Shown piece after piece: positions 36,540 to 47,760 of a DNA stretch of 64,000 bases (position 1 is the first letter of the stretch; each line of letters opens with the position of its first letter). Origin of the DNA: Adineta vaga (lineage: Eukaryota > Animalia > Rotifera); assembly GCA_021613535.1 (NCBI GenBank), contig CP075494.1:16616001-16680000 (forward strand). Reading direction: 5' to 3'. The translations under genes were made by a program, and so were the position numbers. The notes below the pieces were generated by a model that saw only the letters and a list, made by a program, of their open reading frames with translations, had not been told where the DNA came from and ran no database searches.

Positions 36540-37415
36540 ATGGAACTTCGACAATTACATTCCAGTCAACAGGAAGCCATGAAGAAAATTAATGAGTATT
36601 CGGGAGAATCTAATGAATTGGATATTGATGAATGGTTATATGATTTAACTAATTTATTCTCGCTAATGCAATTACAAGATGAAACAAAAATATTGTTGAC
36701 GATGGGAAAATTAACCGGATCAGCATTACGATGGTATCAAGGAAATTTAACATCATTTGGTGATTGGAAGGAAGCAGAAGAAGCATTACGAGATCGATTC
36801 AAAACATTCACGTCAGATGGTCAATTAGTACAAGAATTCTTCCAGCTTCGACAAGAAGAAGATCAATCAACTACAGCATTTTACGATATGGTTATGCGCA
36901 AATATCGAAAAGCAAGTGGATTAGTTACTGAAAAACAAATCATTACGGTACTACAAGCAGGTGTGAAACATTCCTTGAAGGAACAATTAATTCGAAATGA
37001 AGTAAATATCTCGAAACCCGAAGAATGGCTGCTGATGGCAAGGGAAGAAGAACATATACAACGACGAATTCAACAACGCAATACACCACCACGAGCAGCA
37101 ACACAGATACCATATTTCGAATCAACACTACCCACAGCAACAATTCAACAATCATCATCGCATCACCGATACACACAACAACATGCCGGTGGAAATCAAC
37201 AGGAATATCAACCATATGAACGACGTTCAAGTACAGTACGACAACAACCAAATAATCGACGGAACACGACTCAACGGTCGAAACCATGTTTAATCTGCAA
37301 TCGAACGAACCATTCGACGATGCAATGCTTCTATAAGAAGGAAGATGGTTGCTTTAGATGTGGACAGTCAAATCATCGAATACGTGATTGTCCGCAACGT
37401 TATTTTTTCGAGTAA
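36540..37415 (+). CDS. gag: Gag (capsid plus two zinc knuckles)
   Basis: Retrotransposon capsid motifs (KLTGSALRWY, QLRQ); knuckles CLICNRTNHSTMQC and CFRCGQSNHRIRDC. First ATG at 36540; the frame is open from about 36360. Confidence 0.92.
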   Translation: MELRQLHSSQQEAMKKINEYSGESNELDIDEWLYDLTNLFSLMQLQDETKILLTMGKLTGSALRWYQGNLTSFGDWKEAEEALRDRFKTFTSDGQLVQEFFQLRQEEDQSTTAFYDMVMRKYRKASGLVTEKQIITVLQAGVKHSLKEQLIRNEVNISKPEEWLLMAREEEHIQRRIQQRNTPPRAATQIPYFESTLPTATIQQSSSHHRYTQQHAGGNQQEYQPYERRSSTVRQQPNNRRNTTQRSKPCLICNRTNHSTMQCFYKKEDGCFRCGQSNHRIRDCPQRYFFE

Positions 37416-40400
37416 AGGGATCGGTTGATGGCGACGATCCTTGGGGAGTTCAAAAGTCATCATCATCGACAACAACATCAACATCATCACTTACAACAAC
37501 AACTGAAACATACAATCCAATCTTTGTCAAAATCTTATGCAATAATACTCCACAAGAAGCACTAATCGATACAGGATCGGCCATCACAATAATTCGCAAA
37601 CGTCTATTGAACAAGATCCCGCACAAACAATTTATACCACGAACAAAGAATCATCTATCAGCCAGTTGCTCAGCAGTGAACATTATCGGCGAAGTAACAT
37701 TATTCATCAACATCGAAGGAATTACAACGCAAGTGACTGCTGATGTTGCAACAAATCTCGTTACAAATTTAATACTTGGTAGTGATTGGATTCAAACAAA
37801 CAGTGTGTACATATTAACTCCAGAAAAGCGAATCATGATAAAAAAACGAGGTAGAGAAGTATCAACTCCTTTTATAAAACCACCAATTTTGAATTATCCA
37901 GCAACACTTGTTAATTATATTACACTTTCTCCTTTTTCAGAACACATTATAGAAGCTCAACTGCAACAAGAAAAGATAGTCGATGCATTATTTGAACCAA
38001 ATCCTCATTTACAACGTAAAGCATTATTTATGGCATGTACATTACTTAACATCAACGACGGAAAAGCAACGATCAGTATCATAAATGCAACGAATCGACG
38101 ACAAACACTTTCGGAAGGCACACGGATTGGTATGGTGACACAGATGGCAAATTCGGTTAATCTTATAGTACCATCGAACCATCCCGATGAACGCATTCCG
38201 AAAGGAAAAGCGTGTGAACAGCTCATTCCGAAAGGAAAAGTAGCGAATGAAGGAATTAGCAATGCCAGTTCGGAACATCGACAGACAACAACAACAGACA
38301 ACACCGAGCACAAATGTCGAAACTGTTCACAACGATTCGTCGCAAAGAACGATTTATTCAAACACCTGCGTGAACAATGTTATCCTGATGAAATACGGGA
38401 ACAAATTGGAAAATTAACTTCACATATTTCCGACGATACGCAACGAAACAAGATCACGAATGTCCTATGGAGATACGGAAATTTATTCGATCTTCGACAA
38501 CCATCAAAGATTGACATTATTTTGAAGAATGCAATCGATACAGGTACTCATAGACCAGTACATACTCCACCATATCGCAAATCCAACAGAGACCAAGAAA
38601 CATTACGTGAAGAAACACAAAAATTATTGAAAAAGGATATTATTGAACATTCAACGTCTCCATGGTCATCACCTGTAGTACTAGTTAAAAAGAAAGATGG
38701 AACAACAAGATTTTGTGTAGATTATCGTCGACTCAATCAAATTACAACTAAAGATGCTTTTCCATTACCCCGAATTGATGATATTTATGATCAATTAACC
38801 CAAGCAACATATTTTAGCAAATTTGATTTCAAAGCAGGTTATTTTCAAGTACCATTAGACAAAGCCGATCGACCAAAAACAGCATTTTCTACAAGAGATG
38901 GTCATTTCCAATTCAAAGTATTACCACAAGGACTTACAAATGGACCACCAACTTTTCAACGAATTGTCAATCAAATACTCGGTCCGAATCGATGGAAGCA
39001 CATGTTGGCATACATCGATGATATTATAATATATTCACGAACATTTCTGGAACATGTACGACATATTGAAGAAGTATGTTCATTACTGAATGACGCAAAT
39101 TTCAAGTTAAATATAGTAAAATGTGAAATCGCACGTACAGAAATATTATTTCTCGGACACATCATCAAGCAAGGTACAATTCAACCAGATCCAGAAAATA
39201 TTCGTGATTTAGCAGCTGTTCGTGACCCAACATCAGCAGAAGAGGCATTCCGATTCGTCAAAGCGGCGGAATATTATCGCAAATTCATTCCAAAATTCTC
39301 GATCATTGCAGCACCACTACACAAATATTCACCAACAACATTACAACAGCAGAAGAATAACAAGAAAATAAAATTCGAATTAACAGAAGAAGCACGAACA
39401 GCATTTCATCAACTGAAGCACATCTTAACAACGGATCTTATCCTCAATTTACCTGATGATGATATGCAATTTAAATTACAAACGGATGCAAGTGTCGATG
39501 GAATTGGTGCTGTTCTATTACAAATTACACCAAATGGTGATCGACCACTAGCATACATGTCGAAGAAATTAACCAAAACACAAATTAACTGGCCTACCAT
39601 CGAACAAGAATGTTATGCAATCGTTCAAGCTGTGGAGAAATGGGACAAATATCTTCGTGGACAGGAATTTATTTTAGAAACAGATCATGAACCATTAGTC
39701 CACTTCAACAACAAAGAACAACTGAATAAAAGGTGTGAACGTTGGCGATTACGACTAGCTGAATATCGATTCAAGGTGAAGCATATACAAGGTAAGAAGA
39801 ATAATATGGCAGATTATTTATCTAGATCACCAGTGGAAATAGCTCATGAAGATAACGACGACCAACTCCAATATGAAACGAAATCAACACAAACAGAAAC
39901 ATCATCACCAACGTCCAACCATGAACATCCACCTGTACGAATAATCACAGCTATTACACGAGCTCAAGCAAAATTACAACAGCAGAATGAGCTCATCCCG
40001 CAAGGGAAAGAAGCGAAAACTCAATCGGAGGATGATCCGAATCGGATCATACCCTTTGATTTGGACAATCTCAGGGAAGCACAGGAACAAGATGATGTCG
40101 TGAAACAAATTAAAACCAACATCAACAAACAAAAGCAATATACAATAGAAGACGGATTATTATTACGAAGACAAAAATCATCAATTTTAGCAGTACCATT
40201 TGTTCCACAGGGAAGAATGCGTGCTGATATTTTAAAAATTTATCATGATACACCTGGTAATGGTGCACATTTTGGACGTGATAAAACAATACGAAAAATA
40301 CAAGAACGATATTACTGGCCAACAATGATAGCAGATATTGAAAATCATGTTAAATCCTGTTTACCATGTGCACAGAACAATCATCGTCGTCAAAAACCAC

Positions 40401-41284
40401 CAGGAAAATTACAACCGATACCACCACCTGATGGAATATGGAAATTACTTAGTATGGATTTCCATGGACCAATAAATCCAACAACACGACGCGGTAATCG
40501 ATACATTATATCGTTAACCGATGTCTTATCAAAATTTGTCGTAACAAAAGCAGTTCGTGATTGTTCAGCAAAAACAACAGTTGATTTTCTTACCAACGAT
40601 GTTATCTTGAAATATGGAACACCAACATGCATTTTAACTGATAATGGTACTCACTTCACAGCAGAAACAACGAACAATTTGCTTAAGAAACTTGGTGTCA
40701 CTCATTTATATACAACAGCTTATCATCCACAAACAAATGGACAAATTGAACGTTTTAATGCAACAATGGACGGAAAAATAGCATCATTATGCAATGATCA
40801 ACGTACAGATTGGGATGAAATATTGCAATTCGTTACATTTAATTACAATACATCCATACACGCAACAACAAAACATACACCATTTGAAATGATGCATGGT
40901 CGACAAGCTAGTCTTCCGTTCGATCAACAACGAGCACTTATTTCACTTACAAACGACACTGAACATGGAGAAAAACTTCGAAATTACCTGGAAAAATTAA
41001 CAGATGATGCACGGAAAAATATTCATAAATCTCAGCAACAATATAAGACTCGATATGATCAACATCGACAAGAATTATCGATCAAAATTAACGATTTAGT
41101 CCTGATTAAAACCAGAAGTTTTCGAAACAAATTCGATATTAGGTACGAAGGTCCATTTCGAATTATCGAACAATTAGGAAGAAAAACATTCATTGTACAA
41201 CATGTGAAGAAAACAACATTAACAAAACAAGTTACAATGGATGTCATCGTTCCATTAGTAGAACGATGGAATTTACATGACTAA
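37388..41284 (+). CDS. pol: Pol: aspartic protease, reverse transcriptase, RNase H, integrase
   Basis: LIDTGS, RFCVDYRRLN, YIDD, TDAS, HHCC zinc-binding region, DDE core (MDFHGP, TDNG, ERFN), C-terminal YEGPF motif. Confidence 0.97.
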   Translation: MSATLFFRVKGSVDGDDPWGVQKSSSSTTTSTSSLTTTTETYNPIFVKILCNNTPQEALIDTGSAITIIRKRLLNKIPHKQFIPRTKNHLSASCSAVNIIGEVTLFINIEGITTQVTADVATNLVTNLILGSDWIQTNSVYILTPEKRIMIKKRGREVSTPFIKPPILNYPATLVNYITLSPFSEHIIEAQLQQEKIVDALFEPNPHLQRKALFMACTLLNINDGKATISIINATNRRQTLSEGTRIGMVTQMANSVNLIVPSNHPDERIPKGKACEQLIPKGKVANEGISNASSEHRQTTTTDNTEHKCRNCSQRFVAKNDLFKHLREQCYPDEIREQIGKLTSHISDDTQRNKITNVLWRYGNLFDLRQPSKIDIILKNAIDTGTHRPVHTPPYRKSNRDQETLREETQKLLKKDIIEHSTSPWSSPVVLVKKKDGTTRFCVDYRRLNQITTKDAFPLPRIDDIYDQLTQATYFSKFDFKAGYFQVPLDKADRPKTAFSTRDGHFQFKVLPQGLTNGPPTFQRIVNQILGPNRWKHMLAYIDDIIIYSRTFLEHVRHIEEVCSLLNDANFKLNIVKCEIARTEILFLGHIIKQGTIQPDPENIRDLAAVRDPTSAEEAFRFVKAAEYYRKFIPKFSIIAAPLHKYSPTTLQQQKNNKKIKFELTEEARTAFHQLKHILTTDLILNLPDDDMQFKLQTDASVDGIGAVLLQITPNGDRPLAYMSKKLTKTQINWPTIEQECYAIVQAVEKWDKYLRGQEFILETDHEPLVHFNNKEQLNKRCERWRLRLAEYRFKVKHIQGKKNNMADYLSRSPVEIAHEDNDDQLQYETKSTQTETSSPTSNHEHPPVRIITAITRAQAKLQQQNELIPQGKEAKTQSEDDPNRIIPFDLDNLREAQEQDDVVKQIKTNINKQKQYTIEDGLLLRRQKSSILAVPFVPQGRMRADILKIYHDTPGNGAHFGRDKTIRKIQERYYWPTMIADIENHVKSCLPCAQNNHRRQKPPGKLQPIPPPDGIWKLLSMDFHGPINPTTRRGNRYIISLTDVLSKFVVTKAVRDCSAKTTVDFLTNDVILKYGTPTCILTDNGTHFTAETTNNLLKKLGVTHLYTTAYHPQTNGQIERFNATMDGKIASLCNDQRTDWDEILQFVTFNYNTSIHATTKHTPFEMMHGRQASLPFDQQRALISLTNDTEHGEKLRNYLEKLTDDARKNIHKSQQQYKTRYDQHRQELSIKINDLVLIKTRSFRNKFDIRYEGPFRIIEQLGRKTFIVQHVKKTTLTKQVTMDVIVPLVERWNLHD
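37403..37442 (+). promoter_or_regulatory. -1 programmed ribosomal frameshift signal (gag-pol)
   Basis: Slippery heptamer T TTT TTC (37403-37409) in the gag frame, 6-nt spacer, then stem AGGGATCG/CGATCCTT (37416-37442); pol is in the -1 frame. Confidence 0.8.
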
Positions 41285-41912
41285 GCACATCCCACTAGGG
41301 AAAGGTGTAAATCGACTGTGAGCATAATTGACTTCATTAAAATGTATATTTATATGAATAAAATACATGAATTTGATTTAGCAGATCATGTCGGGGAGAT
41401 AGGTTTCCCCTTCTCACTGATAAGATGGGGCTATCAAAGAGATATATATATATATATCACATAGTCATATATGTATAAGCGACATCTATTTTTTTTCTAT
41501 TCATATGAACATTTAATCGATATATCATGGCGATCACGTGCAGACGACATGATACGACGGATGATCCATATGGACGAAGCCGATTACCTTACAAGAACAC
41601 GACACGGTCGATCTCACCACATCACAGAACAGGAAAGAAAAAGATGTAAACAAGATCATATAGTCATGCCACTTTCATCTATACGCGTATATGACGACGC
41701 GAGTATATATATATATATATATAACGGACAGGAAAGAAAGAAAAAGGACAACAAAGGAATGAAAAATTTTAGGAAACGAAAAACAAAAGCATGGAAAATT
41801 ACGAAGAAAAACAGAAGAAAGCAGAACGAAAGGATAACCTTTCACCGGAATGACCGCCGCCAGACTACCTAGTAAACCACTTTATTTACTTTATTTATTT
41901 TCTAATAGTAGA

Positions 41913-43355
41913 ATGCACTCAACAAAATCACCAAAATCAAGCTGGATGAGAAACCAACGACAGATGGAGAAGAATGAAGAACTTCGAGGATTACATCCCG
42001 AATATCGTCCATCAGCAAATCTCGAAATCGTCCACGTACATCAATCGACCATACAATCAATTGAAGATTTAATCAAAAAAGCAACAAAGACGAGAAGATT
42101 CGTTGTCGACACAGAATCTCAATGGAAATTATTACGGAAAGGTGAACCACGAACAAATGGAGCTCTCATCCAAATCCAAATGATCCACTCAACAATTGAT
42201 TCAACGGTTGTTTTGATCGAAACCTGTTATTTGCCGGACAAACAATCGATATTATACCAAAAAATCAAACAACTATGCGACACCATCTTCAGCAACAACA
42301 ACGAGATAATCACATGGGGACCAATCGAGCAAGAATTTGATTCTTTTCATCATTTAAATCTTATTCATTTAGATGCAATTCGTGAATGTAACTTGCAATT
42401 TTATATCAGTAATCCAAGTCAAATTTACGATACGCATCCAGAAATGGAAAGGCGTGAGACAACCGACGATGCGTCGATGAAAATCGACACACCTGGTGAA
42501 GAACTCATCCTCTATGTCGATGATGATGATTGGAACTTCGATACTAATTTTGGTAATTATAAAAAGAAAGAAAAATTGAATCCTCCTTTAGGTTTACAAA
42601 CGGTCGTGGCAGAAAAATTCAACAAATTCTTAGACAAATCATACACAAAGAATGAATGGAACTGTGGTTTGGATCTTAGTCTTGAAACATGGCGAAGTAG
42701 AAGGTTCAGCGAAGGTAGATATGATGAACACAAAGAAAAACAAGAACGTAGATCAATGGTACAATACGCCATCAATGATTGTTCATCAGTAGCCGAACTT
42801 TACTTTCAAAATTATCCAACAACAACGAATGATTATCCAACACCACCAGAAATCGAACTTGAAATCGGACATAATCTTGAAAATGAATTAGATCGTGAAG
42901 CGGAACCACCGACTACAATTAAAATCATCAACGATTATGTCAATCAAATAATTAATGCTACTGAAGATGAATTAATTGAAATTTTAAAACCAAAATTAGG
43001 TCCAAAACAACAACAACAACCACCTCGACGAACAGAAGAAGAACAACGTCAACGAAAGAAGGAAATACAGCGGCGAAAAAATGATAAACTCAAATGGAAG
43101 AAGCAACACCTTCCCCAATTTCAACTGAAGATGAAAAGGCCGATATACGACGAATATGATTATCACAAAATTCGAGCCCAATTGGCCGAGGACGAAGTTT
43201 ACCACAGCCACGACATCAGAATCAACGAGAAACACGACACAGTGTCAATCGGATTTAGGTCGGTCGAACAACAAGAAAAAGCCAAATCAATCGTGAAAAT
43301 CGATTATTTTGGTAAGAAACAATTCGAAATTAGATGGAAAAAACAACGAAAATGA
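41913..43355 (+). CDS. ORF3: DEDDy 3'-5' exonuclease (RNase D/WRN-like) with a basic C-terminal extension
   Basis: ExoI FVVDTES, ALIQIQ, and ExoIII QYAINDC. DEDDy extra ORFs are known from bdelloid LTR elements. ATG at 41913 follows a pyrimidine tract and AG (ORF is open from 41850). Confidence 0.8.
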   Translation: MHSTKSPKSSWMRNQRQMEKNEELRGLHPEYRPSANLEIVHVHQSTIQSIEDLIKKATKTRRFVVDTESQWKLLRKGEPRTNGALIQIQMIHSTIDSTVVLIETCYLPDKQSILYQKIKQLCDTIFSNNNEIITWGPIEQEFDSFHHLNLIHLDAIRECNLQFYISNPSQIYDTHPEMERRETTDDASMKIDTPGEELILYVDDDDWNFDTNFGNYKKKEKLNPPLGLQTVVAEKFNKFLDKSYTKNEWNCGLDLSLETWRSRRFSEGRYDEHKEKQERRSMVQYAINDCSSVAELYFQNYPTTTNDYPTPPEIELEIGHNLENELDREAEPPTTIKIINDYVNQIINATEDELIEILKPKLGPKQQQQPPRRTEEEQRQRKKEIQRRKNDKLKWKKQHLPQFQLKMKRPIYDEYDYHKIRAQLAEDEVYHSHDIRINEKHDTVSIGFRSVEQQEKAKSIVKIDYFGKKQFEIRWKKQRK

Positions 43356-44129
43356 AAAAACAAAAAACAAACAAAAAACAAAAAAAAAAACAAAAACAAA
43401 AACAAACAAAAACAAACAAAACAAGAACAGAAACAACAAGTGAACATGAACAAACAAATGAAAATCAAACATCAAAATATTTTAGCGACAACTACAAATC
43501 AAATTACAATCATGGTCATCATCTTCATTACTCTTGGTCATTCTGATTGGTCTAGCTCATCCTCACCAGATTTACGTTTATCGAATTCATTATATTCATC
43601 ATCACATATACTTCGATCTACCGGAACATGTTCATCACCACGAAAATCTTCATACACATCATATTATTATATTGAACCACGTTTGGAATAATGATAAAAC
43701 ATTATTAGAAGAATTAAATTCATGTGAACAAATCAAACAACACAATATACTACTTATCGCATGATTATGATGATCATCACCAGTACCAGAACTATCAAAT
43801 TTACCTACAATTATCGAATGTTACAAGGAAAAACAAGTCATGAAATATCGACGTCAAATCGAAAGTGATCTTGCCGAGAAAAAACAAATTAAACAACGTG
43901 AATCAATTCTACGTAAAGATTTCGAAAAATTACAATCTATGAATCAACAAGATCGACAGAAAATCGAGCAATTAAATACAAAAACTTCAAATTTTTTATT
44001 ATATTCTTGATCATTAATGTACTTATACACTACATGATGAAATTTTTTTGTGATTTTCATGGTGTGTTGTTTATTTTCTTGTTGTCGATTTTCTTTGTGT
44101 TGTAACTCTTCGTGTGGGGACACACGTTT

Positions 44130-44143
44130 AAAGGGAGAGGGGA
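44130..44143 (+). promoter_or_regulatory. Polypurine tract
   Basis: AAAGGGAGAGGGGA just before the 3' LTR. Confidence 0.9.
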
Positions 44144-44145
44144 TG

Positions 44146-44282
44146 TGTTAGCGATGATTCATACATATCTCTCTCTCTCTCCTTCTCTTTCTCCTTCTCC
44201 TTTTCTATATAAAGCTATGTTATTTTCTACTTTTGACACAGACAAAATAAATAAACATCGTCAGCTCGAATACGAGCTAACA
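44146..44282 (+). repeat. 3' LTR
   Basis: Identical to the 5' LTR; followed by the GAATT TSD. Confidence 0.97.
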
Positions 44283-45773
44283 GAATTATTTCGAGTACTT
44301 GTAAAAAACTCTCTGAAAAATCGAACAGATTGAAAAAGACAAACCAACGATCTCAATCTTGTCTTCTTCGAGTAACTATACATCCGCATTATCACCATCC
44401 ATCGGTTATTCATAATACATCTCGATACCTCTCCTTAAAATCACCTTTCATCTTCACCAATTTTTCACACATCAGCGCGTTATTCTGGGAGTAATGACCT
44501 TGCTCTGTCGATCAATGCGTCTATATTTTGAAAGTTACGAAATGTAAGTGAAGATATCATCTAGCAGCTGTGACTCTGGCTGCTCGTATTGGTTTGAGAG
44601 TGTGCCCATTGGTCTCGTTTTCCGTGCTGATGATTTTTATCTTGAATAGATAAAAAAACGATTTAAAGTCGTTGAATGTGATGTATCGTCAGATGAATAT
44701 ACTTTCATTTGGGTAACGAGGTCGATACGATCTCGTTGAAATCCCTTATTTTCAAAGATTCACTCAGGCCTGTTAATAAAATGTTTTCTACTTCATAGAG
44801 TAATATCTTGATTGGTGTCATCTGTTTCTCTTCTCTATCTTTTATTTCACTTGCAGCGCTTTTAAATGGGTAATTCATATAAGTTTAGAAATGAAAAAGA
44901 AAAATCAATTATACAAACATCTGTTTCAAATGGGCCAAGCATTGAATATATCTCTGATACATAAACTATCTCATAGAAAAAAATGCTTTTCTTTATATAA
45001 ATTTGACTCTTCGTATTATTATCTTATATCACTTGAAAGAAATCAATAAATCAGGTAAAGAAGATAAATAGTCGATAATAATCTTGTTAAAACATTCAAA
45101 TATATGTATTCGGAAAAAAAACAAGGTTCATTCGGGTTTATATTGATAGATTATTGAAAAACATTCGGCGCAACGAAGGCGATGTACCACTTCGCTGTAA
45201 ATGAATTCTAGGAAGTGATAGCACCTAAAATACTTTATATCTAATAGTTTTCGTATGTTTATTTCTATAATTTTTCTTTAGGCACGCAATGGATGAATCA
45301 ATCACTGAGAATTAATAAAAAAATTTGTCATCGAGCTTCTAATTCTCTATTACCTTGTATATCAATCTAGTCACTCGTTTGTGTATGTTCGAATGTGGAT
45401 ATGTTCTTTCATAAGATCTAAAAATAAATAGTTTCTCTTCCTATCTCTTTTGTGTTCAAATATCGAAAAATAATAAACCATCTCAAGCGCTATTACTTTA
45501 TAGAATTCATTTCAAAAAAAATTTTTGATACTACTAACCAAATTAAATACAGCGAAGTCGCACATTAAGTCGTGTTTATTTTGTGAAATGCTTTCAATAA
45601 ATAAAATTTCAAGTTTCACTATATCGAAAGATAGCTCTAGAGTCGATTGAAAATTCTCAGAATATAGATAGAAGCACGCGATGGAGAATCACCAAACAGT
45701 TCTTATGTTATATTAATCAGTAGTTATAGTCACTTTTATCATTGATATTATAGTATTCTCAATAATATAAATA

Positions 45774-46881
45774 ATGTCAAGTTTGAATACATCGGATGAC
45801 TTACTACGATGTCCAATCTCCATGGAATTATTTCGTGATCCAGTCTTAGCACCAGATGGTCATACATATGAAAGACAAGCGATCGAAGTATGGATTCGAA
45901 ATAATGGCACAAGTCCTATAACTCGACAACCATTGTCCATTGAACAATTATATCCAAATCGTACAGTGAAAGAACTTGTTGATATATTTGAAGCATCGTT
46001 ACGACAACGAAATTATCAATTTACATTAGATGTCGATGTGAAGAAAAAGAAACGACGTCCTTTATTTCAAACTTTTGGTAAAAAAATTTATGCTGCTGAG
46101 TGGATTTTAGATAAAAATGATCGACCAGAAATAATTATATTGAAAATTGATAGTACTCGAGCAAAAAAAGAAGCATCTTTTTACGTAGATTTAAGTCGTC
46201 ATCCGCATATTATTCGAACATTTGGTTTTGTTTATGATAAAAGAAATCCTGAGCAACAAGACAATTCAATTTTACTTTTACAAGAATATGCACCAGAAGG
46301 AAGTTTATATGAATTATTACAAGAAAGAACAACAATTCCTGATGAAAAGATTCTGATAGAAATGTTTTTGCAAATTATTGAAGCAATGATATGTTTATCG
46401 TCGAATCATGTTGTTCATGGTGATTTAGCTTGTCGAAATGTTTTAGTCTTTCGTTTCGATGAAAATCAACCGGAAAGAAATATTGTTAAAATCACTGATT
46501 TTGGTCTTAGTCGATATAGTCAATTATATTCGACGACACCCGGTGCAGCTATAACTGTGCTAAACATAGTTCCTATTCGATATGCAGCACCAGAAATATT
46601 TTCATCGGATTCATCAGAGAATTATACAGAAAAATCTGACGTATATTCAATGGGTGTATTGATGTGGGAAGCATATTCGGGAGGTTTAATACCGTGGTTA
46701 AGTATTGATAATGATAATGATGTTATTCGACGAGTTAGAAATGGTGATATACTATCTCAACCATCGAATTGTAGTCAACCATTCTGGTCGATCATTACGA
46801 AAACTTGGTCCATACTTCCGAATGATCGACCAACATTTAGCGAATTAAAACATCTTCTAGCCGCGCAATACTATCATTCAG
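45774..46881 (+). CDS. U-box plus tyrosine-kinase-type domain (first exon of a probably longer gene)
   Basis: CPISMELFRDPV..DGHTYERQAI..SPITR (U-box); HGDLACRN, DFG, PIRYAAPE, SDVYSMG; splice donor CAG|GTATTG at 46881. Confidence 0.88.
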
Positions 46882-47760
46882 GTATTGATTATGTTCATTT
46901 TGATTCATATTTTAAAAGAATAAAAATTCAAAAAGTATAGGATTAGATTAATTTACTATAGTTGCTGTTTAAATAATAGATTTTTCACTAAAAAATGGAT
47001 TTGAACGTTACAATATGAACGTTGAATGTGACATTAACCAAATCGAACGAACAAAAACTTCACAAACACAGGAAGAGCAATACAGAAAGCCTACTGAAGA
47101 ATGTATACTACTCGAACAAGTACATTTTTCTTTTACAAAATATGCATTGTCTTGGTTTTTTTGTTTTATTCACATTTGTAGTTAAAACAAGAAGAACCAG
47201 GATCAACCATTCAAAGAAGTAAGTCGCTCACTATACATCTTGGACGATAAAATGTATGCGATTTGGTTAATAATTTGTAGTTATTCTACAAATTAAGTTC
47301 AAAGATATAACTTACATTGTACTGTGAGGCCTGATTAGGTTATACTTTTATGAAATATCTCCTAAGTATAGATTAGGAACGTCACACACACAAAATAAAA
47401 AAAAACATATCAGTTCTATATCAATTCTTTAGATAGACAACGAACTCGTGTACGGCATCGAATAATAAAAAGAGAGGTTTCTGACAGATCAAAGTGTTAT
47501 TATATTAAAATCGTTACAATTATCATGTTTGTCCTGGCTGTTACTGCGGTTTTTGTTGTGCTAGTTGGTCGTAAGTGGTAGTGAAACACTTTTGTTAAAT
47601 AGGGTGGGTGTACAGAAAATATTTTAGGTTCTTCGAGTCGTACTAATGAAGTTAAGAATCCTGGAAAGCCAGGTAAGTCAATCAGTATAATTGATGATAT
47701 CAAAAATTATAGTACTATGAAATTTAATGTTAACAAAATGTTATTTCTCTTCATTTACAG

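Larger units (their letters stand above)
35912..44282 (+). mobile_element. Full-length Ty3/gypsy LTR retrotransposon (bdelloid Vesta-like) with an extra exonuclease ORF
   Basis: Two 137-bp LTRs, TSD GAATT (35907-35911 and 44283-44287), PBS, PPT, gag, pol with PR-RT-RH-IN order, ORF3. Confidence 0.97.

Noticed and set aside
38180-38400. Hammerhead ribozyme near CCGATGA/CTGATGA and GAAA in pol
   Set aside because: I could not assemble the three stems and cleavage triplet; the GAAA is better explained as hairpin tetraloops.
43353-43440. A/C-rich tract and overlapping Lys- or Phe-rich ORFs
   Set aside because: Low-complexity sequence in the retroelement 3' region.
35520-44900. Older DNA transposon as the target of the LTR insertion (35520-35906 and 44288-44900)
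   Set aside because: The flanks look repeat-like, but I found no matching TIR pair or transposase motif.
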